DNA from: Octopus bimaculoides
Taxonomy: Eukaryota
Direction: 5' to 3'
Assembly: GCF_001194135.2 (NCBI RefSeq)
Contig: NC_068982.1
Span: 184,469,501 to 184,533,500 of the forward strand
DNA length: 64,000 bases
Shown: positions 1 to 14,589 of the stretch, one piece after another
How positions within the stretch are numbered: position 1 is the stretch's first letter
How the letters are laid out: each line of letters starts with the position of its first letter
Position numbers and translations under genes: made by a program
Notes under the pieces: model-generated
What the model was told of the DNA's origin: nothing
Databases searched by the model: none
What the model saw: only the letters and a program-made list of their open reading frames with translations

Positions 1-200
1 ACATACACACACGCATACATACATATATACACATGCATACATACATAAATACACTCATACACACATACATACTCATACATAAATACATGCATACAGTACA
101 TACATACATACACACATACATATACACACATATATACATACATACATACATACACACTTACATACATACATGCATACATACATACAAACGTACAGACAAG
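1..200. repeat. (TACA/CA)n imperfect microsatellite
   Basis: acatacatac-type repeats; ORF 33..290 is its translation. Confidence 0.9.
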
Positions 201-231
201 CAAGTATTCTATGCCACTTTCACTGCTTTTA

Positions 232-620
232 GGAATTGGATTGCGGCCATGCTGGAGTACCACCTGCTATATGGACTGTTAGATATGTAATTCGTCTGAC
301 GTTCCGTGTGTCATGTGGTTCGTCTGAGTTCATTGTTTCATTGTTGTTGTCTTGTGGGACTGTCGTAGTAAAATGTCATTGATATATATATGGCGGACAT
401 GACTTTTGTTTATTCATAACGAACATTGGGTGAGTGCGTTCTTTGTATGTAATTGAACAATAAATGTAATAATTAAATTGTATAACTCGTTGTGTTTTCT
501 CTGCGAGTCACCCGAGGGAAACATAACACCACCTTTAAGGGTTTAATCAGTCATATTTTAGTCCGGTTGTTATTTCATTTTATCGATCTTTATTTGTCGA
601 ACGACTGCATTATGCACAGA
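232..620 (-). mobile_element. 3' part of tRNA-derived SINE family S1, interrupted by a solo LTR
   Basis: tgcggccatgctggagtaccacc ... tttaaggg matches the S1 tail seen at 4340, 16170 and 24485. Confidence 0.7.
265..528 (+). mobile_element. Solo LTR, 264 bp
   Basis: Starts TGCTAT and ends ATAACA (TG...CA, 5/6 terminal inverted match); AATAAA at 459-464; 5-bp direct repeat CCACC at 260-264 and 529-533. Confidence 0.8.
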
Positions 621-651
621 GACGTGGAAAGAAAAGTTTACGGAAAAGACC

Positions 652-654
<3 letters not shown>

Positions 655-696
<42 letters not shown>

Positions 697-697
697 T
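655..697. repeat. (GATA)n microsatellite
   Basis: Direct reading. Confidence 0.95.
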
Positions 698-1368
698 ACA
701 CACCCACAAGCACACCTATGTGTATATGTCTCTAGGTATCGTACGTAGGTAGGTGCTGATGCTTAAACTAAATGTTGTGATTAAACATGTGTATGAAGAT
801 GAAACCTAGAATTATTTTAGCAGGGACACCCGTTTAGTGGACAAAGCTGTTGTAATAGCCGCTAGCCACGGTTATGTAGCTCTCTATTGTCTCGGCCAGC
901 AATTAGCACCTTCCGCAATATTCCAGCCTGCCTCTGGACACAACAGACGACAAAATATTACTTCTTGTCATACGCCGTAGACCGACATTTATGAACGCAC
1001 CATCTTGGTCCTCCTCTGACAGCATATGTGTGTGTGTGTGTGTGTGAGAGAGAGATAGAGAGGGGGGAGAAAGGGAGAAAGGGAGAGTCATACAGCAGAC
1101 AGTCATACAGACAGGGGTGATGGTAGAGGCGGTGGTGGTGGTGATAGAGGAAGAGGACGATGAGAGAGGAGGAGGAAGAGAAGGATGTGGTGGTTAAGAA
1201 GAGAATAGTTGATATTAGATTAGCAATTATGTTACTGATGAAAGCAGCAACAGAAACAATGTTCTTAATTAGGGTGTTTGGTAGCGTTGGTACTCTAGAC
1301 AATCAGATAACAGTTGTGACGATTTTCTATTACCACCACCACCTCTACTTAGTAGTTGCAGTAGTAAA

Positions 1369-1369
<1 letters not shown>

Positions 1370-1404
<35 letters not shown>

Positions 1405-1560
1405 GTGATGGTGATGGTGTTGGTGGTGATGGTGGTGGTGGTGGTGGTGGTGGTCGTCGTCGTCGTCGTCGTAGTGGTGGTGACGACGACGACTACGGAA
1501 TCGATGACAACGACGAAGAAGAAAAGCAGAAGATGATGATGATGATGATGATGATGATGA
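1370..1560. repeat. Compound (GAT)n/(GGT)n/(CGT)n trinucleotide repeat
   Basis: Direct reading. Confidence 0.9.
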
Positions 1561-1739
1561 CTTCCTTTATTTGCTACCAAGCTACCAGGGCGACGAATGA
1601 AGGGGACGATATAAAGACAGGCCATAAAGTGTTGGGATCTACATAGAATGATGAAAAAGTAAGCAATATATAAACATATATGATTGAGATACAATATTAA
1701 CAAAAAATAGATAAAAATCATTTAAAAGAAAACTTTAAA

Positions 1740-2470
1740 ATGGATGATAATGGTGCAATTCTCTTAATACAGGAAAGCGTCTTGGGCCAATCGAGGAATC
1801 TGACCAACCGAGATCTCTCTGAACATGAAGGACAATTGCCCTAAATTCACCAGAGAATAGCACTTCCTTCTCCTCCCACGCCGTCCTTTTCAAGTGAAGC
1901 TTGAAAAAAACAAAAGGCAATGAGGGTTCTATCAAAAAAGAACTTTCATGTCCTCAGACTGTTCAGGTTCATCCACCGCACAACTTCTTTTGATTTCGCT
2001 ATAGCCTGCCTGGTTATAGAAGGGTGCCGGAGTGATCGTTACTGTGGACTTGGCTGATAGATGGTTCCTTCCCGCATGCAACAGCAGCTGTTCAATATAA
2101 CTCCACATGTGAGCAATATTCGGACACTAAACGAGTGCATGCAAAAACGGTTTCGCCGCTCTGTGCGTACGTCGCACAAGCCTGTCTACTGCACTTTCGT
2201 GTTTGTAGAGTTTATCTCGAACTGGTAGAGCTATTCGATTGCAATGCCAGACCGAGTACATCGACCTATCCGCGGCTACGGTTGTTCGACAGAACAAGTC
2301 AGCGAAGCTCGGGCACTGAAAGAGTGTGGTGTAGTAGGTTTCGTTGTTCTGCATGCACCTCAGACAGGGCTGGCTGACAGTATTTCTGTGCTTGTAAAGT
2401 TTATCTAGAATCGGCAATGCTCCCAACCTGCGGTAGCACTGCGAATCCAGGGGTTTCTGGAAGTTATCCT
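1740..2470 (-). mobile_element. L1/Tx1-like LINE ORF2 C-terminal remnant with zinc knuckle, degenerate
   Basis: ALPILDKLYKH...CLRCMQNNET...QCP and ALPVRDKLYKH...GETVLHALVxCP (CCHC-like), followed by FFKLHLKR...EKEVL; stops and frameshifts. Confidence 0.7.
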
Positions 2471-2499
2471 CGAACTATGGATAAGCAGCTCGGGAATTA

Positions 2500-2516
2500 T
2501 GAATAATAATAATAAT

Positions 2517-2557
<41 letters not shown>

Positions 2558-2631
2558 ATGAATGAATGAATGAATATAAAAAGGAGTAAATTAGTCACAT
2601 CATTAAACAGTTATGCCTGGAAACATAGCTA

Positions 2632-2725
<94 letters not shown>
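2500..2725. repeat. (AAT)n(AAC)n and (GA)n microsatellites
   Basis: Direct reading. Confidence 0.95.
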
Positions 2726-2727
<2 letters not shown>

Positions 2728-3029
2728 CCATTTTCGATCTATCAGCTTACGATATGACAAATATATCCATTCGAAGAACAAAGAAGTGGTATCGTGTCAA
2801 AAAGTCAACCCTGAACAAACAAACCCGTCTCCTATTGTCACCGTCAATGCTTTAATGACGAGCCAAAACTCATACCGGATCGGTCATCGCCTAGGGCATG
2901 GACCGCGTTACCCAGTGAAGAACCAGATTGGGATTGTAAAGTCTGCTGCTGGAACAAACTCTCATTAAAAATGAAGTACCAGGTAACCAGAACCAGGATA
3001 ACCCTAACCCTCGACCTGTAGTGACACCA

Positions 3030-3810
3030 CCAAAAACACTTATATACATGGCACAAGAACAAGCATTGAGGATGAATTATGTGAAGTGCAGAATTGATAA
3101 GACAACTGAGAGCGACAAATGCAGAATGTATGGTGAGAGGGACGAAACAGTGTGTCACATTGTTAATGAATGCCCAAAATTGGCGCAACGTCAATACAAA
3201 AGGTGGCATGATAATGTGGCAAAAATGAACCATTGAAAGCTTTGTGGAAATTATGGTCTAGAAAGATCAAAGACGTGGTATCACCAAGTCCCAAGAGGAG
3301 TTACTGAGAATGAGAATTGCAAAATCCTATGCGATGCAATAATTCAGTGTGACCATCAGATTAAACATCGAAAACCTGACATTGTTGTCGTGAACAGAAA
3401 AGAAAAAAAAACATGCCTAATAATTGACATAGCATGTCCTGGTGACAACAGGGTTGAAGAGAGAGAAGAAGAAGTGAACAATTATGATGAATTGAAGTGG
3501 GGAATACGCCGGTTGTGGGGAATGAAAAAAGTGGACGTGATTCCAGTAGTGACTGGCGCACTTGGAAGTATCAGTGCCCATCTACCAGCATGGCTCAAAA
3601 GGACTGCAACGAATGTGAAGATAGAACACCTACAAAAATCATCATTGCTTGAGACTGTAAGACTTCTCCGCATGGTTCTTGAAGCATGATCAGTAAAGAA
3701 GTGTCACCTTAGTCTACTGGCTGTGGACTGCTGACACACTCCATAATACTCAACAGAATAAAGCAGAGAGTTTTCATCATGATGATGATGATGATGATGA
3801 TGCTGATAAT
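3030..3810 (+). mobile_element. Dong/R4-clade non-LTR retrotransposon 3' end (CCHC finger plus restriction-like endonuclease), 5'-truncated
   Basis: AQEQALRMNYVKCRIDK...CRMYGERDETVCHIVNECPKLAQ...KPDIVVVNRKEK.CLIIDIACPGD...IPVVTGALG...LRMVLEA*; then a short UTR and a (GAT)n tail. Confidence 0.9.
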
Positions 3811-4129
3811 TCTAACATTGAAGCAAGGCCACACATTACGAGATAGAGCTAAAGTTTATAAGATAGATTCCGTTATTTAATTGGTACTTTATCGATTCTG
3901 GCTGGATGAACGGCAAAATCAACACTTAATTTCAATTCTATAATAAACGTGTTCTCTGTTCAATTGTGCGGGGTCGATGCTTTATAAATGTTTTATCATC
4001 CAAAGTAAATTATAGAGTATGAAATATATAACCGAAAACTCGGAGTAACGATGAAAGTGAATGCTTAGTTTTGAACAAAGGAAAGAATTCTACAGACTGC
4101 ATTTTCCCTATTTTGTACTCATATACTCT

Positions 4130-4131
<2 letters not shown>

Positions 4132-4221
<90 letters not shown>

Positions 4222-4288
4222 NNNNNNNNNNTCAATCTTCCTTTTTGGTTGTATGTCTTTATTTGTCTGTCTGCTTGCCTCTGTGTGT

Positions 4289-4330
<42 letters not shown>
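4132..4330. repeat. (CA)n and (TG)n microsatellites around a 10-N gap
   Basis: Direct reading. Confidence 0.95.
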
Positions 4331-4692
4331 TCATTGAACTGCGGCTATTCTGGGGCACCACCTTAGCGGGTTCAGTCGAACAAATCGACCACGATACTTA
4401 TTTTTTAAGCGTGGTACTTATTTTATTGATATTCTTTCCGAACCGCTAGGTTACACGGCCGTAAACAAACCAACACTGGTTGTCAAGCGGTGGTTGGGGA
4501 CAAGCACAAACAGAAAGACTTATACATATAGATGTATACATATCTTTCTTTTATTTTCCGTCGACAAAATCCATTCACAAGGCTTTGGTCGGCCTGGGAC
4601 TATAGTTGAAGACACTGGCGCAAGATGCTATGCAGAGGGACTGAACTCAGACCACATGGTTAGGAAATAAGTTTCTTAACCATAAAGCCATG
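4330..4692 (-). mobile_element. SINE family S1, diverged full-length copy
   Basis: Reverse complement aligns with the plus-strand copies at 39105 and 52108 (tRNA-like head, ggccgaccaaagcc, gttcgactaaaggcggtg tail). Confidence 0.85.
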
Positions 4693-6159
4693 TATGTATG
4701 TATGCCTCTTTTCTATATGCATCTCATACCACCAGCTTATTTCCATGTATGTCATTTCATGTGTGTATTTCTATACTTGTTAACAATTATATACTCAAAT
4801 ACACAACGTTTACATACATACATAAATATGTATGAATGTATGTTCGTGTGTGTGTACATATATGTATGTGTGTATACATACATATACATACGTGTATATG
4901 TGCATAAATACATACATATTTCTTGTTTTATTTTTTAAAACGTCATATATGACTAAAAACCTTGGTCTTCTTACACAGAAGCTGGAGAGCATTTGATTAG
5001 ATTTTTTTCTTCTTATTTCTATAATACAACTCTGTTAGATAAATGTGTGTTCAGTGGTGCATCTCTTGTGTCGCTACTATTGATATTGAGTCTAATATTA
5101 CACGAAGCTAACCACTCACTGTTGCATTGACTAACCCTGTGTCAGAACCTATTCGATCACAACTAACCTGACATTACCCCAACCGAGAAGAATTTACGAG
5201 AAGAATATTTGGCGTAAATACAATTCTTTGATCGTGCCTACAAGAAAACAGTTTGTTTGACGAATTATAAGAACTGTGGTAAATTGAATACCAAAAAATT
5301 ACCTATTCGCCTGAACGTGGCTTTGATCGTTCTCCCACAAGGAAATCTTTCGTTAACTGTTGCAGAATCAATCTCAGGAAATTGTACCATTTTAACGACA
5401 GGTTCCGTGCTACAAGAAAAGCTATTACAAACAACTTTTTGTTTGATTCGAATAACTTATCTGCGCTGCTGGCGACACCTGTTGGTATAATTTTACATTC
5501 GATGCTCTCCTACTTTGAATCGACAATTTAGCTGGAATGTATAATCGTTAAATATTAGAACTTTCGATTTATTCTTTGACCTGTGATGTGGTGTTCGTAA
5601 TCTGTTTAATGCTACTCCCCACGTTGGGTGATTTAGGAAGACTAAAGATTAATTTGTGTAATTAATGTGTAATTTTTCTACTGTTATTTGAACTGTTTGA
5701 ATTATTGATGCACTTTTCAAAGTCTTCTCTAAGCTGGGTGAATCAGGAAAGCAATTCGATTTTAGTGTGACTTACGTTCAGTTTGTAGTGTTGCAAATTT
5801 GGCTTCAACACTTGACAGAGGTGGGAAAGAAACATCCCTAATTCTGGAGGTGGTGCATCAGCATGGCCGCAGTCCAAAATCTGAAACCAGATTAAAAAAG
5901 ATTAAAAGAATTATAGGATAATTTCCAGTGGAATAATAATGGTTCTGAAAATATAGAATTGGCAAATGTGTTATGTAAAGAATCTAGAGTTTGAAGGATG
6001 GTGGCAAAAGCGAAACCAGCGAAAGGATGAAAGAATACACACAGCAGAATTGAAATGAAAGATTTACCAACAATAACCATTTCAAACGACAATTCTATCT
6101 TGTTTGTTACATTATTGAACATCATAAGACATTCAATAGAAACATGGTAGCAATCTTCC

Positions 6160-6253
6160 TCTCTTTCTCTCTTCTCTCTCGCTCTGCATCTCCTACATTC
6201 ACTCTCTTTCTCTCTTCTCTCTCGCTCTGCATCTCCTACATTCACTCTCTTTC
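6160..6253. repeat. 43-bp tandem duplication in a CT-rich tract
   Basis: gctctgcatctcctacattcactctctttc at 6181 and 6224. Confidence 0.85.
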
Positions 6254-6404
6254 TTTCTTCTCTCTCTCTCTCTCTCTGCCTCTCTTAATCTCTCAGTTAC
6301 TGTTACTGCCTTTTTTCTTTCTTTTTTTTATCACACATTAAACCTCATTCCTTCATTGTCTTTCTCGTTCTCTCATGCAAACAATCATTCCCTCACATTA
6401 AGAT

Positions 6405-7550
<1,146 letters not shown>

Positions 7551-7674
7551 GTATAAGCACCCTCTCGTGTGTGTATAGGCCTATTTGTTAAAGCTTAATA
7601 TCTGAAACCTCTATACTGTCGTTTGATATTGTCGTTCAATTTTGTTTCAACTCGAAATATCAATAATACGAGTG

Positions 7675-7677
7675 GTG

Positions 7678-7758
<81 letters not shown>

Positions 7759-8520
7759 GCAATAATAATAATAATAATAATGATAATAATAATAGTAACA
7801 ATAATAAGGATAATAAATGGCAACAACTGAAGCAATAACAAAGTTATAATAATGGTAACAACATCAATAACAACAGCAACAACAACAACTGGAACAATAG
7901 CAGGACTTAAAACAGCATCTAACAAACGTTATGTCCACAATGGAAATCCACCTCCTCCTTAACATCGTCATCATCATCGTCGTCGTCATCGCCGTCGTTT
8001 TCATTATTTTCATCTTTATCGTCATCATCGCATCCCCCGTCGTATTCATCACTGCTGTTATCGTCATCTTTATCCACATCCTCCTCCTCTTTAGTTTCAT
8101 CATCATCATCGTCATCATCGTCATCATCGTCATCATCATCATCATCACCATCATCATCATCGTCGTCATCATCATCGTCATCATCATCATCGTCATCATC
8201 GTCATCATCATCATCGTCATCATCATCATCATCATCATAATCATCATCATCATCATCAACAACAACAACAACAACAACAACACAAAGCAACAACGGCAAG
8301 AACAACAGAACTGAAAACTTCAGATAACAAACGATATCTCCCATCATCAAATTCACCATAATCACTGCCACCATTACCACCGCCATTAGCGGCATCATCA
8401 TCATCATCATCATCATCATCATTATCATTGTCGTCATCATCCTCATCATCGTCGTCGTTGTCATCATCGTCATCACCGTCGTCATCGGCCTCATCATCAT
8501 CATCATCATTGCAGCAATAA
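7675..8520. repeat. Long compound trinucleotide tract (TAA)n/(CAA)n/(CAT,CGT)n
   Basis: Direct reading; source of the poly-N, poly-I, poly-D and poly-M ORFs. Confidence 0.9.
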
Positions 8521-8695
8521 AAACAAACAATAACGACAGATAGCAAATAGCAATCTTTGTTTGTTTTATACACACATACACATACATACACACATGCACA
8601 CACAAACGAACACACATATAGACACATGTATATACCTACATAAACATTTATATACTCATGCATACATACACTCCTATATATATATATATATATAT

Positions 8696-9040
8696 NNNNN
8701 NNNNNNNNNNNNNNNNNNNNNNNNNNNNNNNNNNNNNNNNNNNNNNNNNNNNNNNNNNNNNNNNNNNNNNNNNNNNNNNNNNNNNNNNNNNNNNNNNNNN
8801 NNNNNNNNNNNNNNNNNNNNNNNNNNNNNNNNNNNNNNNNNNNNNNNNNNNNNNNNNNNNNNNNNNNNNNNNNNNNNNNNNNNNNNNNNNNNNNNNNNNN
8901 NNNNNNNNNNNNNNNNNNNNNNNNNNNNNNNNNNNNNNNNNNNNNNNNNNNNNNNNNNNNNNNNNNNNNNNNNNNNNNNNNNNNNNNNNNNNNNNNNNNN
9001 NNNNNNNNNNNNNNNNNNNNNNNNNNNNNNNNNNNNNNNN
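8696..9040. other. Assembly gap (N run)
   Basis: N run; other gaps at about 9913-9999, 10816-11053, 13647-14200, 22650-22784, 23578-24004, 29784-30099, 32569-32757, 35882-35987, 36797-37008, 37929-37938, 50275-51051 and 63630-63663. Confidence 0.98.
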
Positions 9041-9319
9041 AAAAAAAAAAAAAAAAAAAAAAAATCAAATATATGCAAAACACAATGAAGTAAAAAGAAA
9101 AATTTTTTTTTTTAAATCACTAAAAACAACAAAAGCAACAAATAGATGTGATAAGAAGAATAAGAAAAAAAAGAACACCTCAATACATTAATAAGAATAA
9201 ATATATAAAGAAATATACAATCTAATTTATTTGTGAATCAAAGTGATTTTACGTCAGTAGATGAAATAAAAAGAAAAGAGACGGCGAAAAAAAAAGAGTA
9301 AAAATCATTAAAAAATAAT

Positions 9320-9539
9320 ATATATGTATGCGTGCGTATGTAGACATATGATGTGATATATTGTACGTATACGCATACATCTGTATGTATGTATGTGTGT
9401 ATATATGTATGCATGTATGTATGTATGTATATATATGTATATGTATATATATGTATATGTATATATATGTATATGTATATATAATAATATATGTATATGT
9501 ATATATGTATATATGTATATATGTATATATGTATATATG

Positions 9540-9570
<31 letters not shown>

Positions 9571-9806
9571 GTATATGTATATGTATATGTATATATAAAT
9601 GTATATATATATATACGTATATGTATATATATATAAATGTATATATATATGTATATGTATATATATATATAAATGTATATATATATGTAGATATATATAT
9701 ATATATATATATATTTGTATGTATATATATATATATATATGAATGTATAAGTATATACACACACACATACATATATATACATATACACACATATATATAT
9801 ATATAT

Positions 9807-9856
<50 letters not shown>

Positions 9857-9999
9857 ACATACATATATATATATATATATACATATATAAATACACATAC
9901 ATACATACATGCNNNNNNNNNNNNNNNNNNNNNNNNNNNNNNNNNNNNNNNNNNNNNNNNNNNNNNNNNNNNNNNNNNNNNNNNNNNNNNNNNNNNNNN

Positions 10000-10050
<51 letters not shown>
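9320..10050. repeat. Cryptic (TA/TG/CA)n tract followed by (CT)n
   Basis: Direct reading. Confidence 0.9.
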
Positions 10051-10052
<2 letters not shown>

Positions 10053-11053
10053 CTTTCTCGATTTCTTTCTGTTTCTTCATTACACTCACGACTTTTTCTT
10101 TTACTCCCCAGTTAACATTGTTGTTGTTGTCGTTGTTGTTGTTTTTTGTTTTATTCCTCCTCCATGTTTTCTATCTTTTATTATATCTTACTTCCTCTTT
10201 ACTTCTCATTTTGATTTTCGGCTTTTTCTGTTTTTCATTACTACGTTTCATAAATAAATGCGTATGCACACACACACACATAGATATGTATACAAACACA
10301 CCTAAATATTAATATATAATATACACATGTATACAATAATATATATATATATGCATATACATACACACACATATATTCCTTAAATATTTTACTACATTCC
10401 TACATTCCTACATTCTTTCTTTCAACAACTCCTTATACGTTTTTCTGTTCTTACTTTTCCACTTAAGACTTTATCCATCAATTCCTCTTCTTATCATTCC
10501 TTCCTTCCTTTTTTTTCATTCCAGTGTACCTTCCATTTTTGTTGTTGGCTTATTGTTACATTTTTGCTTTATGTATACATACATACATACATACATACAT
10601 ACATACAAACGTATATTTCCTTTCGACTCTTCATCCATCAGATTTCTTTTATTATCCTTAATTTTTATTTGTTATTTTACGTATTCATTCATTTATTTAT
10701 TTACTATTTTTGGCTTGTTTCTTTCATCATCATCACTCGTTTATATTTATGATACCTTCTCCATCCATCTTTCTCTCACACACATATATATGTATATATA
10801 TATATATATATATATNNNNNNNNNNNNNNNNNNNNNNNNNNNNNNNNNNNNNNNNNNNNNNNNNNNNNNNNNNNNNNNNNNNNNNNNNNNNNNNNNNNNN
10901 NNNNNNNNNNNNNNNNNNNNNNNNNNNNNNNNNNNNNNNNNNNNNNNNNNNNNNNNNNNNNNNNNNNNNNNNNNNNNNNNNNNNNNNNNNNNNNNNNNNN
11001 NNNNNNNNNNNNNNNNNNNNNNNNNNNNNNNNNNNNNNNNNNNNNNNNNNNNN

Positions 11054-11114
<61 letters not shown>

Positions 11115-11215
11115 TTGTGTGTATATATTTATTTATTGATATCTATATGCATGCGCGTGTGTGCGTCTATATATGTGTATGTATTTCCTTACATCTTTTT
11201 GCCTCTGTGTATATA

Positions 11216-11437
11216 TACGACAAGGTGCTGAAAAGTTCGTAGCATTGGGTAAAAGAAAATACACGAGGAATCAGTTGATTATGATTTTATCGAACATATT
11301 CCCCTTTCAGGTTCTCACACTTATTGCAGCGGTCCTTCAGTTTTTCTAAGCCCTGTAAAAAAACTCAGAAGGTTGGGCCTCTAACTAGGCCTTTCGCGAT
11401 ACCCTTAAAGCCAGGAACTTTTCAGCACCCCTTCGTA
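11216..11437. mobile_element. Tc1/mariner-type MITE
   Basis: TIRs tacgacaaggtgctgaaaagttcgtagc and gccaggaacttttcagcaccccttcgta, with TA at both ends. Confidence 0.8.
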
Positions 11438-11659
11438 ATCATGATCATGATATATTCTACCGTGTACTTCATAGGTAGTCATACATATGATGTTCTTTAT
11501 ATTCTTAGTCGCAAAGAACAGGACATTTTGTCAAGGTCATATTGTATAACTGTGCCAATTCTATTTAACGGGAGAAGACAGTAAATTCTTATATAGTAAG
11601 ACAGTAAATTTTTATATAGGTACTGTAAGGAATTATATTTAATTGTTATATAATTAGTC

Positions 11660-11905
11660 CACTTATCACATGATCACGTGATCGACCAGATTATCAGATA
11701 TTGTTACATATCGCTGGTCACAATGCGCTTTTGCATTGTTTTAGCTTTCAAATGACGCCACCCCGCTCGCTGGGCGAGCAGGTCAACATTCCCCTTGCTC
11801 GAAAGGGGGCCTGGAACATTGTGAAATGAAGTGTTTTGCTGAAGAACACAACACGCCATCCAGTCAGAAAATCGAACCCACGATCTTGTTCACGTGCCTT
11901 CACAG
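11660..11905 (-). mobile_element. CORE-type tRNA SINE family S2, tail variant c
   Basis: gtgaaatgaagtgttttgctgaagaacacaac and gaaaatcgaaccc (B box) shared with the other S2 copies. Confidence 0.7.
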
Positions 11906-12139
11906 TCCACTTATAGCTGATAATATTGGAAGGTACATGTCACCACTACATGCCAGCTCACCAGGTAGCAAAATATACACTATGTGGAATACAGATCGCT
12001 GTTATATGGCCAGCCTACCTAGCTGATACCACGTGGTTACCATTGTACGGGCAGTTCACATAACTGATACTATATGGGGATACGTATCACCGTATGAGTA
12101 ATCCTAACTGCAACTAACTTGAGATATAGGCCACCTCTA

Positions 12140-12676
12140 CATGGAAACTTTTTTAATCAATTACCCCAAAATATATTTATTTATACCAACGTTACGCCCT
12201 TGATTTGAAAGGAAGAAAATCATTGATTCTTTGAATTCAAAAGGTTTATTGAATCTGTTTATATGAAGAATACAACAATATAACAAATGCGATAAATTAA
12301 ATTAATATCCCCATTATGAAACAAAAGGATTTTTCTTGAAACTATTTCACTTCAGTTTTGGAGAAATGATGTTTCATTTTTGTTACAGTTATATCAAAAT
12401 TGGAGCATTTTGATGCTAGAGCAATTTCGATACTGTTTTCGGAGTCCAATCGATTACTATGCTTTGTTTTTATGTTCATTAGAGCGGAAAATCCTTGTTC
12501 GCAATGGTTGGTTGTTGCAAAAGGCATCAACTTTTTGACTGCTTCCTCATGCCAAAAGAAGAAATTTCTGTCGTAACAAGGAACATAATCTTACTTTTGT
12601 CTAATGAATCCTCATTACCCCCAAGAATTTCATTTTTCCCCACTTAGGGTAAGTTACCCCTGTTTGTCGACACCTG
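12140..12676 (-). mobile_element. hAT (Charlie/Buster-like) transposon remnant, internally deleted
   Basis: MPFATTNHCEQGFSALMNIKTKHSNRLD resembles the hAT C-terminal dimerisation region; terminus CAGGTGTCGACAAAC next to target-like atctaaac. Confidence 0.8.
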
Positions 12677-12844
12677 ATCTAAACGATAGTATCTTAAAGT
12701 ACAGGCAACCACTAAATGGCAGATCTACAGAGTTGATGCAATTTAAAGACACGGATTACCACTATGTAATTAATCAACCTAAGAATATCTTGAAATACAG
12801 GTCTCCGATATATGACTAGGCCATATAACTGATACATTCTAGCG

Positions 12845-12990
12845 TAGTCAATGGCAAATTACGGTTCGCGAGACTTTCTGAATGACACGCCAGCGAAAAT
12901 TTATCTTGAATTTGTTCTTAGTAGTGCACCCGCCTTATGATGAGACGTTTCACATGCGACCCGCTTCTCTAAAAAGGCTGCTCATACCTG
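12845..12990. mobile_element. Degenerate hAT-Charlie-type MITE
   Basis: Ends tagtcaatggcaaattacggttcgcg and aaaaggctgctcatacctg; flanks ttctagcg and atctagaa resemble the nTCTAGAn target. Confidence 0.5.
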
Positions 12991-13599
12991 ATCTAGAAGT
13001 ATAGGTTACCACAGCATTGCCAGACCATCTAATTGATCCTATATCGAAGTACAGGTCACTGCTACATGGTCAGTCCACTTCGATATAACGTAAGTAATAT
13101 ATGAGGGTAGACTGTATAACTGTAAGCAAAGAACCTAGTTACCAAGTGGAAAGTACACTTCGATGTTGTATTTAACCGACTTAAATTTAGATGCCGTAAT
13201 AAATACAAACACTTGATATGAGAATGTACAGCGCTTCACTCTAAACAATGACGAATAATTATAATTGATAAATGGTCTGTTAGCTTGTAGTGTTGAACTT
13301 AAATCCTTTCATGAAGAACAAGCGCTCATGAAATTTGTTTTCCACTGTAACGCATTATCTTGAAGACATAGCGTTGTTCAAACTATTAAAAGTATTTCTG
13401 GGCGTTGTCTTGTCCCAGATAATAATGTCTGATTTGTGAATCTTTTCAATGTCTGCATGAAATTTTAACTGCTATGCCAACACATTAAATCATATTAGTT
13501 ATAGTCATAATTTTAATGAATAGAAAGACTTCATGCTTTATAGAATTTGTGTGTACACCCTCCCTAGCCATCCACACCCACAATCCTTATTTATATATG

Positions 13600-13645
<46 letters not shown>

Positions 13646-14201
13646 NNNNNNNNNNNNNNNNNNNNNNNNNNNNNNNNNNNNNNNNNNNNNNNNNNNNNNN
13701 NNNNNNNNNNNNNNNNNNNNNNNNNNNNNNNNNNNNNNNNNNNNNNNNNNNNNNNNNNNNNNNNNNNNNNNNNNNNNNNNNNNNNNNNNNNNNNNNNNNN
13801 NNNNNNNNNNNNNNNNNNNNNNNNNNNNNNNNNNNNNNNNNNNNNNNNNNNNNNNNNNNNNNNNNNNNNNNNNNNNNNNNNNNNNNNNNNNNNNNNNNNN
13901 NNNNNNNNNNNNNNNNNNNNNNNNNNNNNNNNNNNNNNNNNNNNNNNNNNNNNNNNNNNNNNNNNNNNNNNNNNNNNNNNNNNNNNNNNNNNNNNNNNNN
14001 NNNNNNNNNNNNNNNNNNNNNNNNNNNNNNNNNNNNNNNNNNNNNNNNNNNNNNNNNNNNNNNNNNNNNNNNNNNNNNNNNNNNNNNNNNNNNNNNNNNN
14101 NNNNNNNNNNNNNNNNNNNNNNNNNNNNNNNNNNNNNNNNNNNNNNNNNNNNNNNNNNNNNNNNNNNNNNNNNNNNNNNNNNNNNNNNNNNNNNNNNNNN
14201 N

Positions 14202-14257
<56 letters not shown>

Positions 14258-14589
14258 GTATGCATTCACATACCCACATATATATGTGCGTGTATGTATG
14301 CATATATGTATGTATAAGTGCTGGTGAGGTTATAGAGAGATAATATAATATTGGAGGACAAATAAATGAATATACCATACGCACACGCGCGCATGCTCTC
14401 ACACGCATGACCGCGCGCAAATACGCGTGTATTATAGACGGAACTACGACGGGGTGACTCGATCTGCAGGAAAAAGCAGCTAAGTATCACTCAAATCACA
14501 ATCTACCATAGTAAGATAGATAGATCACATATTTAGCCAGGGATGTTATAGTCCACTACAGTGGACTAAATCTTGAACGTGTTGATGTT

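Noticed and set aside
7919-8617. Asp-rich ORFs resembling molluscan acidic biomineral proteins
   Set aside because: They are translations of imperfect (CAT/CGT)n. The poly-Asp runs fall in two different frames, there is no signal peptide, and GAT/GAC alternation is explained by CpG transitions.
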